A DNA stretch of 62,724 nucleotides, the filler included, from Phoronis australis (lineage: Eukaryota; Animalia; Phoronida): NCBI GenBank assembly GCA_002633005.1. It is 5 parts of 5 records of this genome, joined end to end, with 100 filler letters (N's around TTAATTAATTAA, not from the genome) between each part and the next. Parts side by side here need not be neighbours in the genome. Positions count along the whole stretch, not along the records: positions 1 to 27,706 come from NMRA01001065.1; 4 more parts are not named here. One strand, 5' to 3'. The position numbers and the translations under genes were made by a program. Shown one piece after another: positions 1 through 13,598 of this stretch; the stretch's first letter is position 1, and each line of letters opens with the position of its first letter. A model generated the notes under the pieces. The model was not told the DNA's origin. It was given only the letters and a program-made list of their open reading frames with translations, and ran no database searches.

Positions 1-417
1 CTTCACAATTCTATCGATGATCAGTCCGTAAGGGCGAAAGAAACTCGGCTTAACTCAAAGAACAAAGCAAACTTCGACCACAGACACCGAACTATGTCCC
101 TACCAGTATTAGGTGTTGGAGACCAAGTCTCGGTGCGTGATCAAGACAAACACGGCGAAGTGAAAGAGAGTTCGACAAACCCGAGATCCTACCTTGTCGT
201 CACAGAGTCCGGTGCTACAATTCGCTGTAACCGGTCAGCGTTGATTAATACCGGAAATATGAAAAGTGCCTCACCAGAGAATTTTACACCAAAAGAGACG
301 ACCCCCAAATCATTTTCAAACTCGGCATCAACCCCACCTACCGCAGACACCCCACAGACCCAACAACTACGACGTTCTGAACGGGTTATAAAACCACTGG
401 ATCGCCTGAATCTCTGA
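1..417 (+). mobile_element. 3' end of a Gypsy-type LTR retrotransposon pol (integrase C-terminal tail), in a GUSB intron
   Basis: Translation KANFDHRHRTMSLPVLGVGDQVSVRD...PRSYLVVTESGATIRCNRSALI...LRRSERVIKPLDRLNL* resembles the SH3-like integrase tail and terminal R-S-x-R-x-I-K-P motif of invertebrate Gypsy elements. A polypurine tract follows. Confidence 0.8.
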
Positions 418-513
418 ACATTTGATTAGTTTTCAGTGCTTAGTGATAAGGACATTAACATAGTTCAAGACATTTATTGCTTAAAGCGTTTACACATATT
501 CTTAAACTATCTT

Positions 514-1197
514 GGGAGGAGATGTAGTATTATAGCTCTTTAGACTTAGAGATAAATATATTGAGTTCCGGTTCCATCAGCGTTGTTGTTCCTACAGAAA
601 CAACGCAGCGACATCAGTGGTTCTTCTGCAGAGTGAGTGCTGCTGTATCGTTCCTGCTTGTGCGAACTATGAAGCTGCGAGAAAAGCAGGTATATCATTT
701 TTTTCGATTTCCTCGAGAGCCCATAACGCTTTGGAAGTGGCTCATAGTTGTGAAGAATGAAAAGTATGCTGTTAATACCAAGTATAAGGTCATGAAACAT
801 TTCGTCGACAGTTGCGGTTCTTAAAGTTCATCCCTTTTACTTGAAGCTGTTGTGGTATGCTGAAGTGTTACTAGGTCAGTGCTTTGAGCGTGATGAAGCA
901 CCTGGTGAAACCCTTGCATTATGACGTCGTGGTCTGTCGGATGACTGACTATCTTTCCAAGCATCGAAAGGCATCCAAAGGGACGTGTCACTTTACTATC
1001 TGTTGGGGGTCTTATTACAGTGTTGTGACAGCCATCTGGAACAAAATAATCTCCTGGTAGAGACTGGTTGAAACATGTGGGATACTTATAACTATTTCTA
1101 AATAATTCTCTGAACAATACATTGTTTTAAGTCTCACATAGTAAGACAGTTTTGTATTACATTCGATATCACATTGCCAGCCTTGCAAATAACTACA
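514..1197 (+). mobile_element. Polypurine tract and candidate 3' LTR
   Basis: GGGAGGAGA (514-522) is immediately followed by TGTAGT at 523. The inverted terminus ACTACA ends at 1197. The right boundary is inferred because the 5' LTR lies outside the window. Confidence 0.55.
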
Positions 1198-3733
1198 GTC
1201 ACTGGGAAAAAAACTGTAAAGAAATCCGCTTGGTGCACCACGCCCTGATTAATCCATATATATCTGAAAAAAACATATAGTAGACATTAGTTTCGTACAA
1301 ATTGTGCCCAATTATAAGATCTTCTGATCAGGTCTGACTGAACAGGCATATCCTATGCTGCCTTTACGCCACAATTACTAGGCATCTTCACCATTTTGAC
1401 TGAACCAATATTTTATACAGGATATTTATAATATTTTGTAAACAACGAACATGTGAAAGGCTATCAATTTTTAGTTTGCTCCTTCTGTAATATCTTTGTG
1501 ACTTGATTTTCTTGTGGAGTTGCACTTGATATAGTTATGTTACAAAAAACTTGTGTTGTACATGCACTGCAGGAATTTGTGTAGTCTTGTGGTTGTTTGT
1601 ACGATATATAATTGACGAGCTCCGGTATTAGTCTGTAATGCTGATACTGTAAAGTATTGTTTGGATGTTTGTTCACATACAATCAACTGTTTTGTTAAAA
1701 GCCATGGGTTATTGATCTCACCTGTGGTGCCTTGGACATTAGCCATACCGGAAGCTATAATGAGTATTTTGGCGCTACGAGATGTCTTGCTCGATTGTCT
1801 CTGAATGACTCATTGTGCGCCGGCAACTTACTTTTAATTTTATGTTTTAAGCTCTCTAACATTTTTAGAAGAACACAAAACTGTGAATTTTATTGTTTAA
1901 AATTTTTAAAGGAAACGATCATCAACTAGTAACTATTTTTCTGTAATTGTCAGTGACAACTTCCTGTTGCTGGCTGACACTGACTTGAGTGCATTTGCTT
2001 AGCTTTGTTTTATGTTGTAAGATTTTAACCTTTGGTGGAATGACTGGCTTCTCTATTTGGCTTTTTAGCCTGCTGTTGGCTGACCTGAATTGCTTATTAC
2101 TCAGAGGAGCAAAAAGTATTTTGGTTAGTTTATAACTTTTCTCTTTTACGTAAACAATGATCGGAATATTTGTTTGAGTGGACATTCTACTTTGCTGCTT
2201 GTTTCACATCCAATATTTGCTTTGCATGCAATTTGTATGTCTTTTCATTGTGTCTCACATGCAAGAACAAGTGAATATTTTTCAGTGTCATCATGACCGT
2301 CCGTTACTGTGTATGCTTCGAGCAGATCCACTGAGTCATACATGGTCACACCACGTGACCCTGAATTGTCACAAATCCAAATAAATCTGCCTGACCAGAT
2401 CTCGAATTCGGGACCTACCGCAATCTATGAAGGTCTGAGTCTTCAGTCCTCAGAGATATTGGCACAGATCGGTCATACACAGAAATCCTAACAGAGTTGT
2501 TTCATTACAAGTGACTGTTGTTTAGTTTCAACTTAAGAGGAAACAAGTTATTCAATGTAGTCCATTGTTAAATGTTTGCGTAGTATTTTGTGTTGTATCT
2601 CCACATGAATGTATGAAGGTGAACACCAACAACTCAGAAAAATGTACAGCTTACTTGAAACGTGTCTCAGGCAACATGCGAGGCATGTTGGTTTCACTCG
2701 CGAGGTGTATCATTTTATGGGCCGAGCATAATCTAAATGAGTGATGAACTGTCGGTTCTTTCAAACCCATGAAATTATCTCTAATTTGAGTTACGCACAA
2801 TTTGAGACCAATTTATGTAAATTGTCTAAATCGAAGTTGTTTTTGTGGTGGAGTGCAAGTTAATGTCTGCTTTCATATATGCTCTTGAGGTATATTCTTC
2901 GTCACGTGCAGAATTTGCTTTGCGCACGTGATTTTAACAAAAGGTTAGAAATGAGTGAGCAAAAATGAATTTTGTTAACTTATACATGCAACTATAGTCC
3001 TGAACGCAATGCATGTGAATGTTTCCCTATTGCATAAAGTCACATCATTCAACTGTGAACTATCAAATCAAGTGCTCCAGTTTATTTGATGAGTCCCCAA
3101 ACAGCAGAATGTTGTCATGAGAATATTTGGTGGTGTGAAGCCATCACTAGCTGATGTTGATGTTGCCTGACTAGCAGGCGGTGAGAGGATTTTATTTTAC
3201 ATGGAGTTGTCGGATACTTGGCATAAAGTGTTCACACAAATGCGAGAATTACTTTGCTTAAAGTATGTTTTGTCTACAAGTATGGTTATTAGGGATACCG
3301 TTTTCTCCACAGATTTTCTGAATTGGTCCGTTAAGACTTAAGCAGTCAAAATAACAGTGCAGTTTCCAGCTAAGTTCTAACCAGTTGAATACATTGTTTA
3401 TCACAAAAATAATTATCAAATTTGACATTTTCATGGTTTCCAAGGCTGCAATCATTGTTGCAAAGAAAGGAAAACTTGACATATGTTTTTGTATTCGTTG
3501 GTATGCAAAGCAAGCTGAGAATTGACAAAAAATTATTTTACTCTTCGATATTTTTTTGCAGAACAAAATTTCTCTTGTCTGCCACATTGTTTGCTAAATT
3601 GGCAGTAGATAACATTAACAGGTATTGCCTTAATTGCTGGTTGGTTTATACTCAACAATAGTTGTCGCAAGGGTGACAGACCTTTTGCTCGATGTATGCG
3701 CCCATAAGCTATTTTTGGTCTCATATCGTCAGC

Positions 3734-3737
<4 letters not shown>

Positions 3738-3764
<27 letters not shown>

Positions 3765-3865
3765 ATGTCTCATTCATCCATCATAACGTTCGTCATTCCG
3801 TCAGGTGCTTGTCTATTTTTGGTCACATATCGTCAGCTTTTTGTCTGTCTGTCTGTCTGTCTGTA

Positions 3866-3901
<36 letters not shown>
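3738..3901. repeat. Two (TGTC)n microsatellite blocks with duplicated flank
   Basis: TGTC runs at about 3738-3770 and 3842-3901, each preceded by ctatttttggtc.catatcgtcagc. Confidence 0.9.
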
Positions 3902-4863
3902 ATTCGTCCATCATTACGTTTGTTGTTCCCTTTCCTTGTCTATTGATGTTCACCACTTGAAGGAAAATGATAACATTTAGCAAAGAGTTATATGATATGG
4001 ATGGGCCCGTCTGTTTCATTCTGAGCTTGGAACGGCTAACTAGTCCACATAGTGACTTAGAATTTTGGAGATAGTTGCAAATCACGGGTGTCATTCACAC
4101 ACAATGGGCCTTTTAAAATTGATATGCAAGGTCAGTGAAAACAGTTCTTTGTGAACCCTGCTCAGTCATACAAGTACTCAATTGGATTGTGTAACTAAAC
4201 ACAGCTTAAGAAAGGGTTTTTGGCTGAGAAGATTATCATTTTATTACCACTTATTTGTGAATAGCTGAGCCCATGATTGTACAGAAAGATTTGATTTATG
4301 GCACCCCCCATTAGCCAGTTTAGTTTTCAACAAGTTATTGCTAGTTTGTCATTTATTGTCAAAATTACTATTGGACAGACTGAAATATGATGAAACTTCT
4401 TGCCATTTTTGTTTATGATCATTTCTGTCATCATCATCATCAAAATCATCATCATCATTCTCTTCCTCGTATTACAATTTTGTTAAGTGTCACTCTTTGA
4501 AGCACCATTGTTCCATAAATGATGGAGTCACCATGCACTAGTTGAAACTGCTTTTCACCTGCCCAGTGACAATATTTTGGATCCACGTTTTGCTGTGAAT
4601 AGGAATTGTAAAGTAGCTAAAATGTTGACTACACAATCACGCCATCTGCAGATCAGATTATGAACGAGTCTGTAGAATTCCAAGATTGCATGAATCGTAT
4701 TGGATATAAACTCTAATAACACGAGCAAATCATCAAATACATTTTAACTGTTCTATCAAGGTATCATTAATGATTTGTTTGTGCAATTAGAATTTTCTTT
4801 GGCAGCCCAGTGCTGGGTCATCATTGTGGGTGCATTTCAATAACTTTTCTTTATTTAATTTAG

Positions 4864-7800
4864 ATCCGAGGTAAAGGTTTGGATCTACCATTGGTTGCCA
4901 GAGATTTCAGTCTTCTCAAATGGCTGGGTGCTAACTGTTTCCGCACCTCTCACTATCCATATGCTGAGGAAATACTTGATCAGGCAGATCAACAAGGAAT
5001 TGTGGTAATAGATGAAAGTCCTGGAGTGGGCATCAAGTAAGCAAATGGTCGTAATAAGTTATAAATTCTTTGCCATGCACGACTGCTTGCATTTAGTCAA
5101 ATAGGCAAGAATCTCCCCTCAAGATGAAGGACTGTATTTGGGCAATAGCCATAATGTACTCTAGCTTAGAGTAATAGACACTTATCTCGAGTTCACACAA
5201 AAGTGGAAAAGAGTATACCAAAATAATTTCAAGTTCGATTTTGAGAACAAATTTAGTTTAGACCCTGGCCCTGAGTGTCATAGTTATGAATATTATTTCC
5301 AGAATTCCCCCTTTCTTTCCTGCAGTGAAGAAGTTTATGTGTTGTCAATGATATTTTGATGAGAAATAATCTACAATATCTTCCTGGTTTGTTGCCAATT
5401 CAGTACAGTATGAGGATTTAATGAATTTTTGGGGTTTGACTTTTGTGGTAAAAAGATTCAACGGTTTGGCAATTCCTGTGTTTTTAATGTATAGTTGGAA
5501 AGAAACAAAATATAAAGTAAGAATTATTAGTCTTCGTTCATGCCATTGTTGGTCACATTACCTATAGTTGACTCTGAGATCTCTGTCCTGACCAGATGTA
5601 TATGATGTCTAATACTTATAAGATATAAACATCCTGATTAACCAGAATAACAACAAAATAATAAATTAATTTAAAATGTTCTTCATCTATCTTTCAGAGC
5701 AAATAACTTTGGCCCCGAATCACTGACTCACCATTTACAAGTGATGGATGAGATGTACCGCCGTGACAAGAACCGACCAGCTGTGGTAATGTGGTCTGTG
5801 GCCAATGAACCACAGTCTACCTTACAGGCGGCAGATGACTATTTCAAGTAATTATAGTCTTCCAGCTTTGTAGGAATCATTGTTTAACTAAAGTCCGTGG
5901 TATTCCATTTGTTGGTGTAGATAGCATTGCGAATATGATTTCATTCATCAAACTAAAATTCTAGGCTAAAGTACTTCTACGATTTATATAATCAATGTTC
6001 ACATTAATGTAATCTCCTTGCAGCGTAGGTTGTCTGCAGCTGTATCTGCTTAACCACTCGTAGGGCATCAACAAATTTGGCAGGTGCGTTTTTGTGATGA
6101 ACCCAATGACGGATGAGGATGACTTTTGGACAAATTTGATTTTTGCTGTGCTACCTTTATATATGTCAAATCTCTCGATGGATTCTGCTTACAAATCTTG
6201 GAAGAAATTACTTGTATTAGTGACAGCTTTTAGTATTTTGGTATCTTTTTTATCTATCTACCAACCAAACGGTTTGAACTGGCTCATCATGAAATTTGAG
6301 GGATATTTTCTCTAAAAACATGGCTGATTTTAGGATAACCCAACTACTGCTATACCTCCGGGTGGCAGTTTTATTTTTTCATGTGGTCAATGTCTTTTGC
6401 TAAATGAGAGTATGCCTTTTCGTACTGTGCCTGGAAGGCAATTCTCTCTTTTTGCAACTGTTAGTATAACAACAAAGTTCCTTGCTGCTGTTTTTGCACG
6501 GGCTCTTGCACATTGTGTCCTCCATGACAATTTCAATATTTTTATTTTTTGTTTTTGGCATCCATGTTACATGTGGGTGGATATTGCCATCATCTCTGTC
6601 CAGCAGGCGTTGCTGTATCTCAACCCTTTTTTGGATCTGCATGTTCTTATGCAGCTGATAATGATGACTTATGGACGGATCTGACTATACCATTGTGCCC
6701 CCTAGTAGCAATTTTTTCGTTTGCTTCTTGCTTTAGAGTTCCTTGACTGATTTTCTTGAAATTTAGAAAATATTAGATTCTGTTAACAATGTGATAGCAT
6801 CTTTCCATTTTCGAGCGTATTGGGAATATTCTACGCTGCCTAGTGACCATTTTTTATTTTTTAGTCTTTAAAGTGCTCATAGGATCATTATGAAAATTGG
6901 TGTTTGTGCTTCTGAAAAGAGCAACGCTGATGTGGGGGACAGGCTGACTGCTGTGGCGTTTCCTATAAAGAATTTTGTTTTTTGTGTATGGCTCAACATT
7001 ACCAAAGAAGTAATTTGATATACCTTCATTAGGAGTACATAACTGACAGTGATTTTGGGCGGAGCCTGAGTACTGTGGCGCCCTCTAATGGCAATTGAGA
7101 TTATCTCCTATGCTTCAACTTCTATCAACTTCTTTCATGGATAGATTTTCGTGAAATTTGTCATATATGCATCTATGAAGGAAGCAATGTCACCTGGCCA
7201 GTTTCAGGTGGATTTGGTGTTTATGTGCCTCCTGTTGACCAATTTTATTATTTTTGACTGGTGTCTGCCTCTCTATCTGCAAATCGCTTGAAGGATCGCC
7301 ATGAAAGTTGGCATACTGATCTTATTGAGGAGAGCAGGGCCCACATAATTTTCTGCTTGTTTTACTACAGCGGCCCCTATTAACAGTTTTAGTTTTCTTT
7401 GCATCAACCTTAATGTGTAATAAGTTCTTTGGTGGGTGTTCATGAAATTGGGCACGTGAGTTTTTCAGAGGAAAGAATGGCTACCGTACCTATTTTTTGA
7501 TGGATCTGACAACTGTGGCAACCTCTAGTGACAAATTGTCATTGTGTCTCCTTTATTGTCTACCAAGTTCTTATCAAATTTTGAAATGTGTTGAATTGTG
7601 TTCCTAATGAGGAGAGCCTGTACAACTGATGTACTACCATCAAACTTTTCTTAAAGGAAATGAGCACCCCTTATTTCTTTGCTGTTTCCAGTGCATATGG
7701 TGAGCACATGTCAGCACAATACATTGCTCTGCTTCTATTTGCCATTGGTTTGAAAAATGGTTACGAAATTTGTGTGTTTTTGATGGAAATGACCTGACAT

Positions 7801-10800
7801 ACATTGTTTCTTCTACTGCTGTTCCATCCAGTGGCAGTTTTAGTTTTTTTTGTTTGCCTCAATATCTACCAATTATGAAATTTGATTAAAAATTTTCCTG
7901 TCATTTGGCTGATAAGATTTTAATACAAGAGAGAGAACATCACTTGTACTGTGGCATTTTTATTTGTGTAATTTGTTCACTCTCAGTATCCACCTCGCCT
8001 TGTGTAATATGTTCACTCTCAGTATACATCTCGCCTTGTGTAAAATGTTCACTCTCAGTATACATCTCGCCTTGTGTAATATGTTCACTCTCAGTATCCA
8101 CATCGCCTTGTTGCAACTAGTTTAACAAAATGTGGACTGTTAGACATGTAGTTGGCTGAATCTTTAAAATCCACAAATACCCTATGCACCCCACCTTAAG
8201 CAGTCACTAGTACTTCATCCAAGATGTTGTGCATATTTATACAATAGTCATCATGAAGACAAAGATTAATTTTACCTGATCATGGGGTAAAATGAGGACA
8301 TGTTGCCTGTCAGATTCTCCCCAATTTTTGTTGGACATATGTGCCATTGAATTCAAACTCTATCCGTGGTCTTGCATCGTTGATGACATCGCTGAATATA
8401 ATTTGGAATAATTGAATGTACAGTGTTGTCTAATCCTTTGATAGCTTGGCAGTGCAGTGATATCGCAGTGACTTTCTTAATGGTGTGTGTTTCAGCACAG
8501 TGATATCACACGTGAAGTCTCTTGATAATACGCGACCTGTAACATTTGTGACCGGACCAGGAGACTTCTTTTCAGATAAAGCAGTGAGTCCTCATCAAAT
8601 CTGCATGTTGCCATTTTGTCTACATTTCCAAACTTACATTATGGTCTCAGGCTTTTGTCTGATGCAGCTAAACTGCATGTGTGTTACCTTCTCACAAAAA
8701 ATGCTGCCTTGCTATTGGCTTGTGACAGGGTAAACAGTTCCTACCTCAGTCTATTTTCAATATTGAAGGAAAAACGTCTTACTAGTTTATCAGTTGTATG
8801 AATCTGATATGAATATTGACATTATTAAAACATTGATTTTTATCTTGATGTGGTAAAAAATCATTGAATCAGGGCTTGTTTGTCAGTTGTCGCCTGTCCG
8901 TGCCAGTGAGTGGGTTACCGGATCATTTTTGTCTTGATGCTTTTCCACTAAGCAATAGAGGAACCCATTCATACCTATTCTTTACAATCCATTGTACATG
9001 ACATTGAAGTTGGCATATTGATAAGAAATCACTCCATCTGTGCATGTCATTATCTGTCCTTTCTTGCTTGCATAGTGAACTGGCTTGTTCGACTTACTCT
9101 TACTTGTCGCGATTTAGCTTGGGAATTTACATTCTGTTAAACGCTCCTTGCATGTTGTTCGCCACACTGTGGGTGGGTCAGGCTTGGTGTGTGGCAGCTG
9201 CAATAACATCCCGGTGTATGAAATATAAAATCTTGTGCTTTGTTGGGTATTTTTGTCATTAGGATTTGAGTAGGAGTTAAATAAAAGAAACGTAGTAAAT
9301 TGGTAAAAAGTAGTCTTAGTATCTTTGAAATTCATTGTTCAGTAAATGGAATGTTTTATTATTATAATGGTAATTTTTCACGTATTTCTTAAAAAATGTA
9401 CTAATTGTCCCTTTCCATTTTTCAACATTAGTTACCTTGCTGCAAACAAATGAAGCTGGATTACATTATATTATGTCATCAAAACAGTACGAGTCAAATT
9501 AGTAATGGACTAAACTTTTATTAATCTCTGTTTTTGTGGATGAATTTCCCGTGTTCATCATATTGTGTGCTAAATAGGATTGCGAAGAATTACAGTATAT
9601 GTGGTTGGTGATTGATAGATTTGGAGTGATTTCGGTGCCGTGAACTAGACTGTCACCAGTGTGAAGTTTCTTTTCCTTTTTGTACTACGTAACTGTAAAT
9701 ATTAAAATATCTTGAACTTGATTTTACTTTGTGTTTGAGACGTATGTCCTTGAATGCTAACAAATTGTATTACTTCCTCAACTATGGAATCCCTGAAATA
9801 TCAGTTTGCTTACTGAGCGTAGTCTGAAGTTTGTGTATTTTCATGAAACTTTTTGAGCTTTTGTTTTTTAAAACTCTTAAATTATTTGGTAGTGCCTACA
9901 TGTATTACCTTTTGACCATATCTCTGTTTACAGGCACACTATGTTGATGTGTTATGCATCAACAGGTACTATGGTTGGTATAGCAACACAGGTCACACAC
10001 AACTGACCTTTACACCATATCTCTGTTTACAGGCGCAGTATGTTGATGTGTTATGCATCAACAGGTACTATGGTTGGTATAGCAACACAGGTCACACAGA
10101 ACTGATCCAGCAGCAGATCACTTACGACTTTAACAAGTGGTATGACACGTTTAACAAGCCCATAATGATCACGGAGTATGGAGCCGACACTGTGGCTGGA
10201 CTACACCAGGTATTAACTGTGGTTACATGTACAGCGAAATTTCATAATTAGTGTTGTGCCATCCATGGTGGTTGGGCCCTCCCTTTATGTCTTAGTTCAG
10301 TGTAGAATGCGCCTCAAGCTATGTCAGTTTTGTAGTTTGCATTAAAAGGTTTTCAATTTTCAAGTTTGAAGAACAACAGCTTAGTTTTCAGTGGGTATTA
10401 TTACATTTGTTCAGCTCTTAATTTTCATTGTTTTCAGAGTCCTTCATTCGTTTTCACCGAGGAATTCCAAGTGGATTTCCTACGCGAGTATCACGCGGCA
10501 TTTGACAAAATGAGAGAGACGTTTCTTGTTGGTGAAATGATATGGAATTTTGCTGATTTTGCCACAGTCCAAGGTATAGCTGAATAGATGTTTTCTTTAA
10601 GTAAAATTAAGTTTAGAAATTGCATGTTATGCATGGCTGCGAAGTGGACCTAGATACATTTTGTTTACAAAATGCAATTTTGGTTTTGTACGTGTCTGCT
10701 TCTTGAGCCTGCTGCATTGTTGCGTGACCAAAGTTTGTGTCTTAAGTATTGTACAGAAAAGAAAGTCTCATGTACTCATTCGGCATTGCGATCAAGAGCA

Positions 10801-11449
10801 GAAACAACTAGATTTTTTGCCATATAAGGCAACATCTACATGGTGAAAGCATTTTGAATATGCCTTACATTTTGTGTTGCTACAATTATAATATTCACGT
10901 AAGTCGGACATTCATTACTTGGATTTATGTAACGTAGAAAATATATCTGAAACTAAATAAGGCGATCCAGATCCTCCCAAGGATACTATTGTTTCATGAA
11001 ATGAAGAATATAAATCGGTAAATAAAACAACAAGAATGGATCAACTGAAATTTGAAATTTTCGGATGTAATTACTTCCTTTTGGATTTATGTATAACTCG
11101 GACAAAGTTCTGCGATATGGTATCTCTTTGTTGAGTTGGAGCAAACTTGTGCGAGTTTTATTGCATTTTAGATAGCAATTCTGCTACTGACGGCTTCGCT
11201 AGGCTGTAGTTACCTGACATTCACTATGTTGGTGCATATTGACTATTGAATTGCTTTGTCATTTTTACAGGTGTCACTCGCGTGGTGGGTAACAAAAAGG
11301 GGGTCTTCACACGTCAGCGTCAACCCAAGATGGCTGCTCATTTGCTCAGAGAGCGTTATCAAAATTTGATCAAGAAAGAACTCAATAATGGCTTGTATTT
11401 GCTCGAGCATTTCTTTGACAATGAAATATCTGTCATAGTTGAACCATAA
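4864..11449 (+). CDS. GUSB: Beta-glucuronidase (GH2), last six coding exons; 5' part outside window
   Basis: GT-AG exons with consistent phases: 4864-5036, 5698-5847, 8496-8583, 10033-10209 (alternative acceptor 9934), 10438-10573, 11271-11449. Motifs: [19 protein letters not shown] (acid/base Glu), ITEYGAD (nucleophile Glu), IWNFADF, GNKKG. Confidence 0.95.
6050..7960. repeat. Degenerate array of ~145-150-bp units (probable old Helentron/HINE-type element) in a GUSB intron
   Basis: Recurring gcNcccTCTAGTGGCa-like motif at about 6694, 6831, 7074, 7224, 7368, 7514 and 7817, each with nearby gaaatttg. Boundaries are approximate. Confidence 0.5.
7964..8110. repeat. 36-bp minisatellite, about 4 copies
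   Basis: Unit ttgtgtaatatgttcactctcagtatacatctcgcc repeated in tandem. Confidence 0.9.
9907..10104 (+). repeat. 99-bp tandem duplication spanning a GUSB splice acceptor and exon start
   Basis: ccatatctctgtttacagGC...tatgttgatgtgttatgcatcaacaggtactatggttggtatagcaacacaggtcacaca occurs twice. Acceptor AGs end at 9933 and 10032. Confidence 0.95.
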
Positions 11450-12195
11450 TTATTCAACAAGACGTTCAGTCAATGATTGGCTCTTCAGTGAGTGGTGCTA
11501 TTCGTGTCATTGACTGTAACCTATCGCATGTAGAACTCGCATTGTGGCAGACCTATGTGCCTTGGTTTTTAGTAAAGTGCTACAAATCTGGCACGATCCA
11601 TGTTACACGGAATTGGCTAAAAGCCAAAATTGAATCAGATCTTTAATATACTCTCATAACATCGGTCTCCTAATGTTCCTTACATTGATAAGATTGTATT
11701 TGCATTACCAACTCAAGTCACAAGCAGTGCACGTGTGTGCCATTTTGGGGTTGGGCAGATGTCTATAAACTTGGAAGCACTTTCTTGAGCTGTTGATGAT
11801 TTCCATGTTCTTATGAGTAATGGAAATAGAACTCTTATGACTGCAAGATATACTGTATAATTTCGCTTGTTCATGTTTCATTCAACGAGCATAGACGTTA
11901 CGACAGTTTTGAAAAATTGCAGGAGCATTTACTATAACGCAGTTGGAGCTTTGTCATTTTTTTATGTACAGAACCTTATTATAACATACCCTGTTTGAGA
12001 CGTCAATAGCGATTTTACCTATGATCATCAACCTTGTTACAACAAACTATTTTCAGAAAAATGTAGACTTTGAAGGTTCCATTGTTGTAACAGCATTTGA
12101 TTGTCTTGAAATTCTTTTATGGCATAATCCATCATAAGACGTTATCAAAAGTTCAATTCTTGAGGAGTAGAAGTCTTTAGTAAAGTTATAAAGTC

Positions 12196-12201
12196 AATAA
12201 A
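12196..12201 (+). terminator. Candidate GUSB polyadenylation signal
   Basis: AATAAA about 750 bp after the stop, followed by a GT/T-rich tract (gtttgttgtattcttt). Confidence 0.5.
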
Positions 12202-13598
12202 AAGACTGAAATACTTAAAACGTTCTAGTTTGTTGTATTCTTTATACACTACAAGAAACTGCTTGCACCATCACAGAAGTTAGACATGACTTGCACAATT
12301 GCTCACTGTCAGTAAAATGCATTTTAAGTTCACTTAAAACTTTCCCATGGCAATTGGATTTTTGATATTCTAGACTTATTGGACTGTCTAGAAAGTCCTA
12401 GCAATGCTTTAGTAATGCAGGGAAACTAGTCAATGTAAACACTCAAATATAGCCACGTTAAATGATATGTGAAGTTATAGCCACCATAGAACAACTATTT
12501 AGAAAACTCGCTGGTACCGGGCTAGAATCGTGTATCTGCCACAAGCACTTTCAGGAGTCTTGCTCGTAGCTGCTTGAATTACTGAGGATTTTTGCAGTGA
12601 TGTAGATGAAAGTCAAGTAATAAGCCTAACTGATCATTACATTTGGCAATTTAAGACTTCACTGTGGTCAGAGTGATGCTTTTAACGTATTGCAATTAAC
12701 ATATTGTGGGAACCAAATTTACATGAGCTGCTGTTCAAGGTAAACTTAAAAAGTTTTCCAAACCACGATTTGTTAATTAAATTGCACTTTAAGATATCTC
12801 ATTTTCTTTAAATTATATAACGTGAAATTAGCAGGAACACATTGCACATTACAAACTATGTCAACAGAACCGGTGACATGCGGGTCGTCTTTAATATCTA
12901 ACCCGTAATCTCGCATGCTTTTGTTACACTTAAATACGTGGGTGACGAATAGACAGTCTATAAAATTTCTAATCAAGATCTCTGCAAGAGAATTTATGTG
13001 TACAAGCTGAAAAAGTTGCACAGCAGAGTTGGTGAAGACATGTGAGGACCTCTGGTGGATATAATTTGTCATTATAAAATGGCCTTCTGACAACCAACTT
13101 CATAATAAAAATGCAATTGACTGTCCACAAGTACATGAAAGTTAGCTTTTAAAAATGCCTTATCAAAGTAGAATTAGATAATTATCTGATGCAGCATAAA
13201 TAATAGTTCAACATGACATTCAGAATAGCATTTATGACGTAATACACCCCAACCCATGTTTTCCACAATTACATGTTCATTGTAAAGCAATTTTAAACTA
13301 TGATAATACTCAATAATGATCCCAAACTAATCTATTATGCTTCAAAATAATAATATACAAGTCAAAGTTCTGACAGCCGCAACTTATTGTTTCATTATGT
13401 ACCACAAAAAGTCAGCATCATACTTCTATCAATTAAAACATGCTGCAAGTAACAAGCAGGCTCACAGAATTTACCAATTAAAAATGTCAACACTGCAACA
13501 TAAAATATTATACCATAAAAACAATGCACGTATGCCAATCACAGACAACAGACACTGACTTGTAACATGTAAAATAAAATGAGTCACTTTGATGTAAT

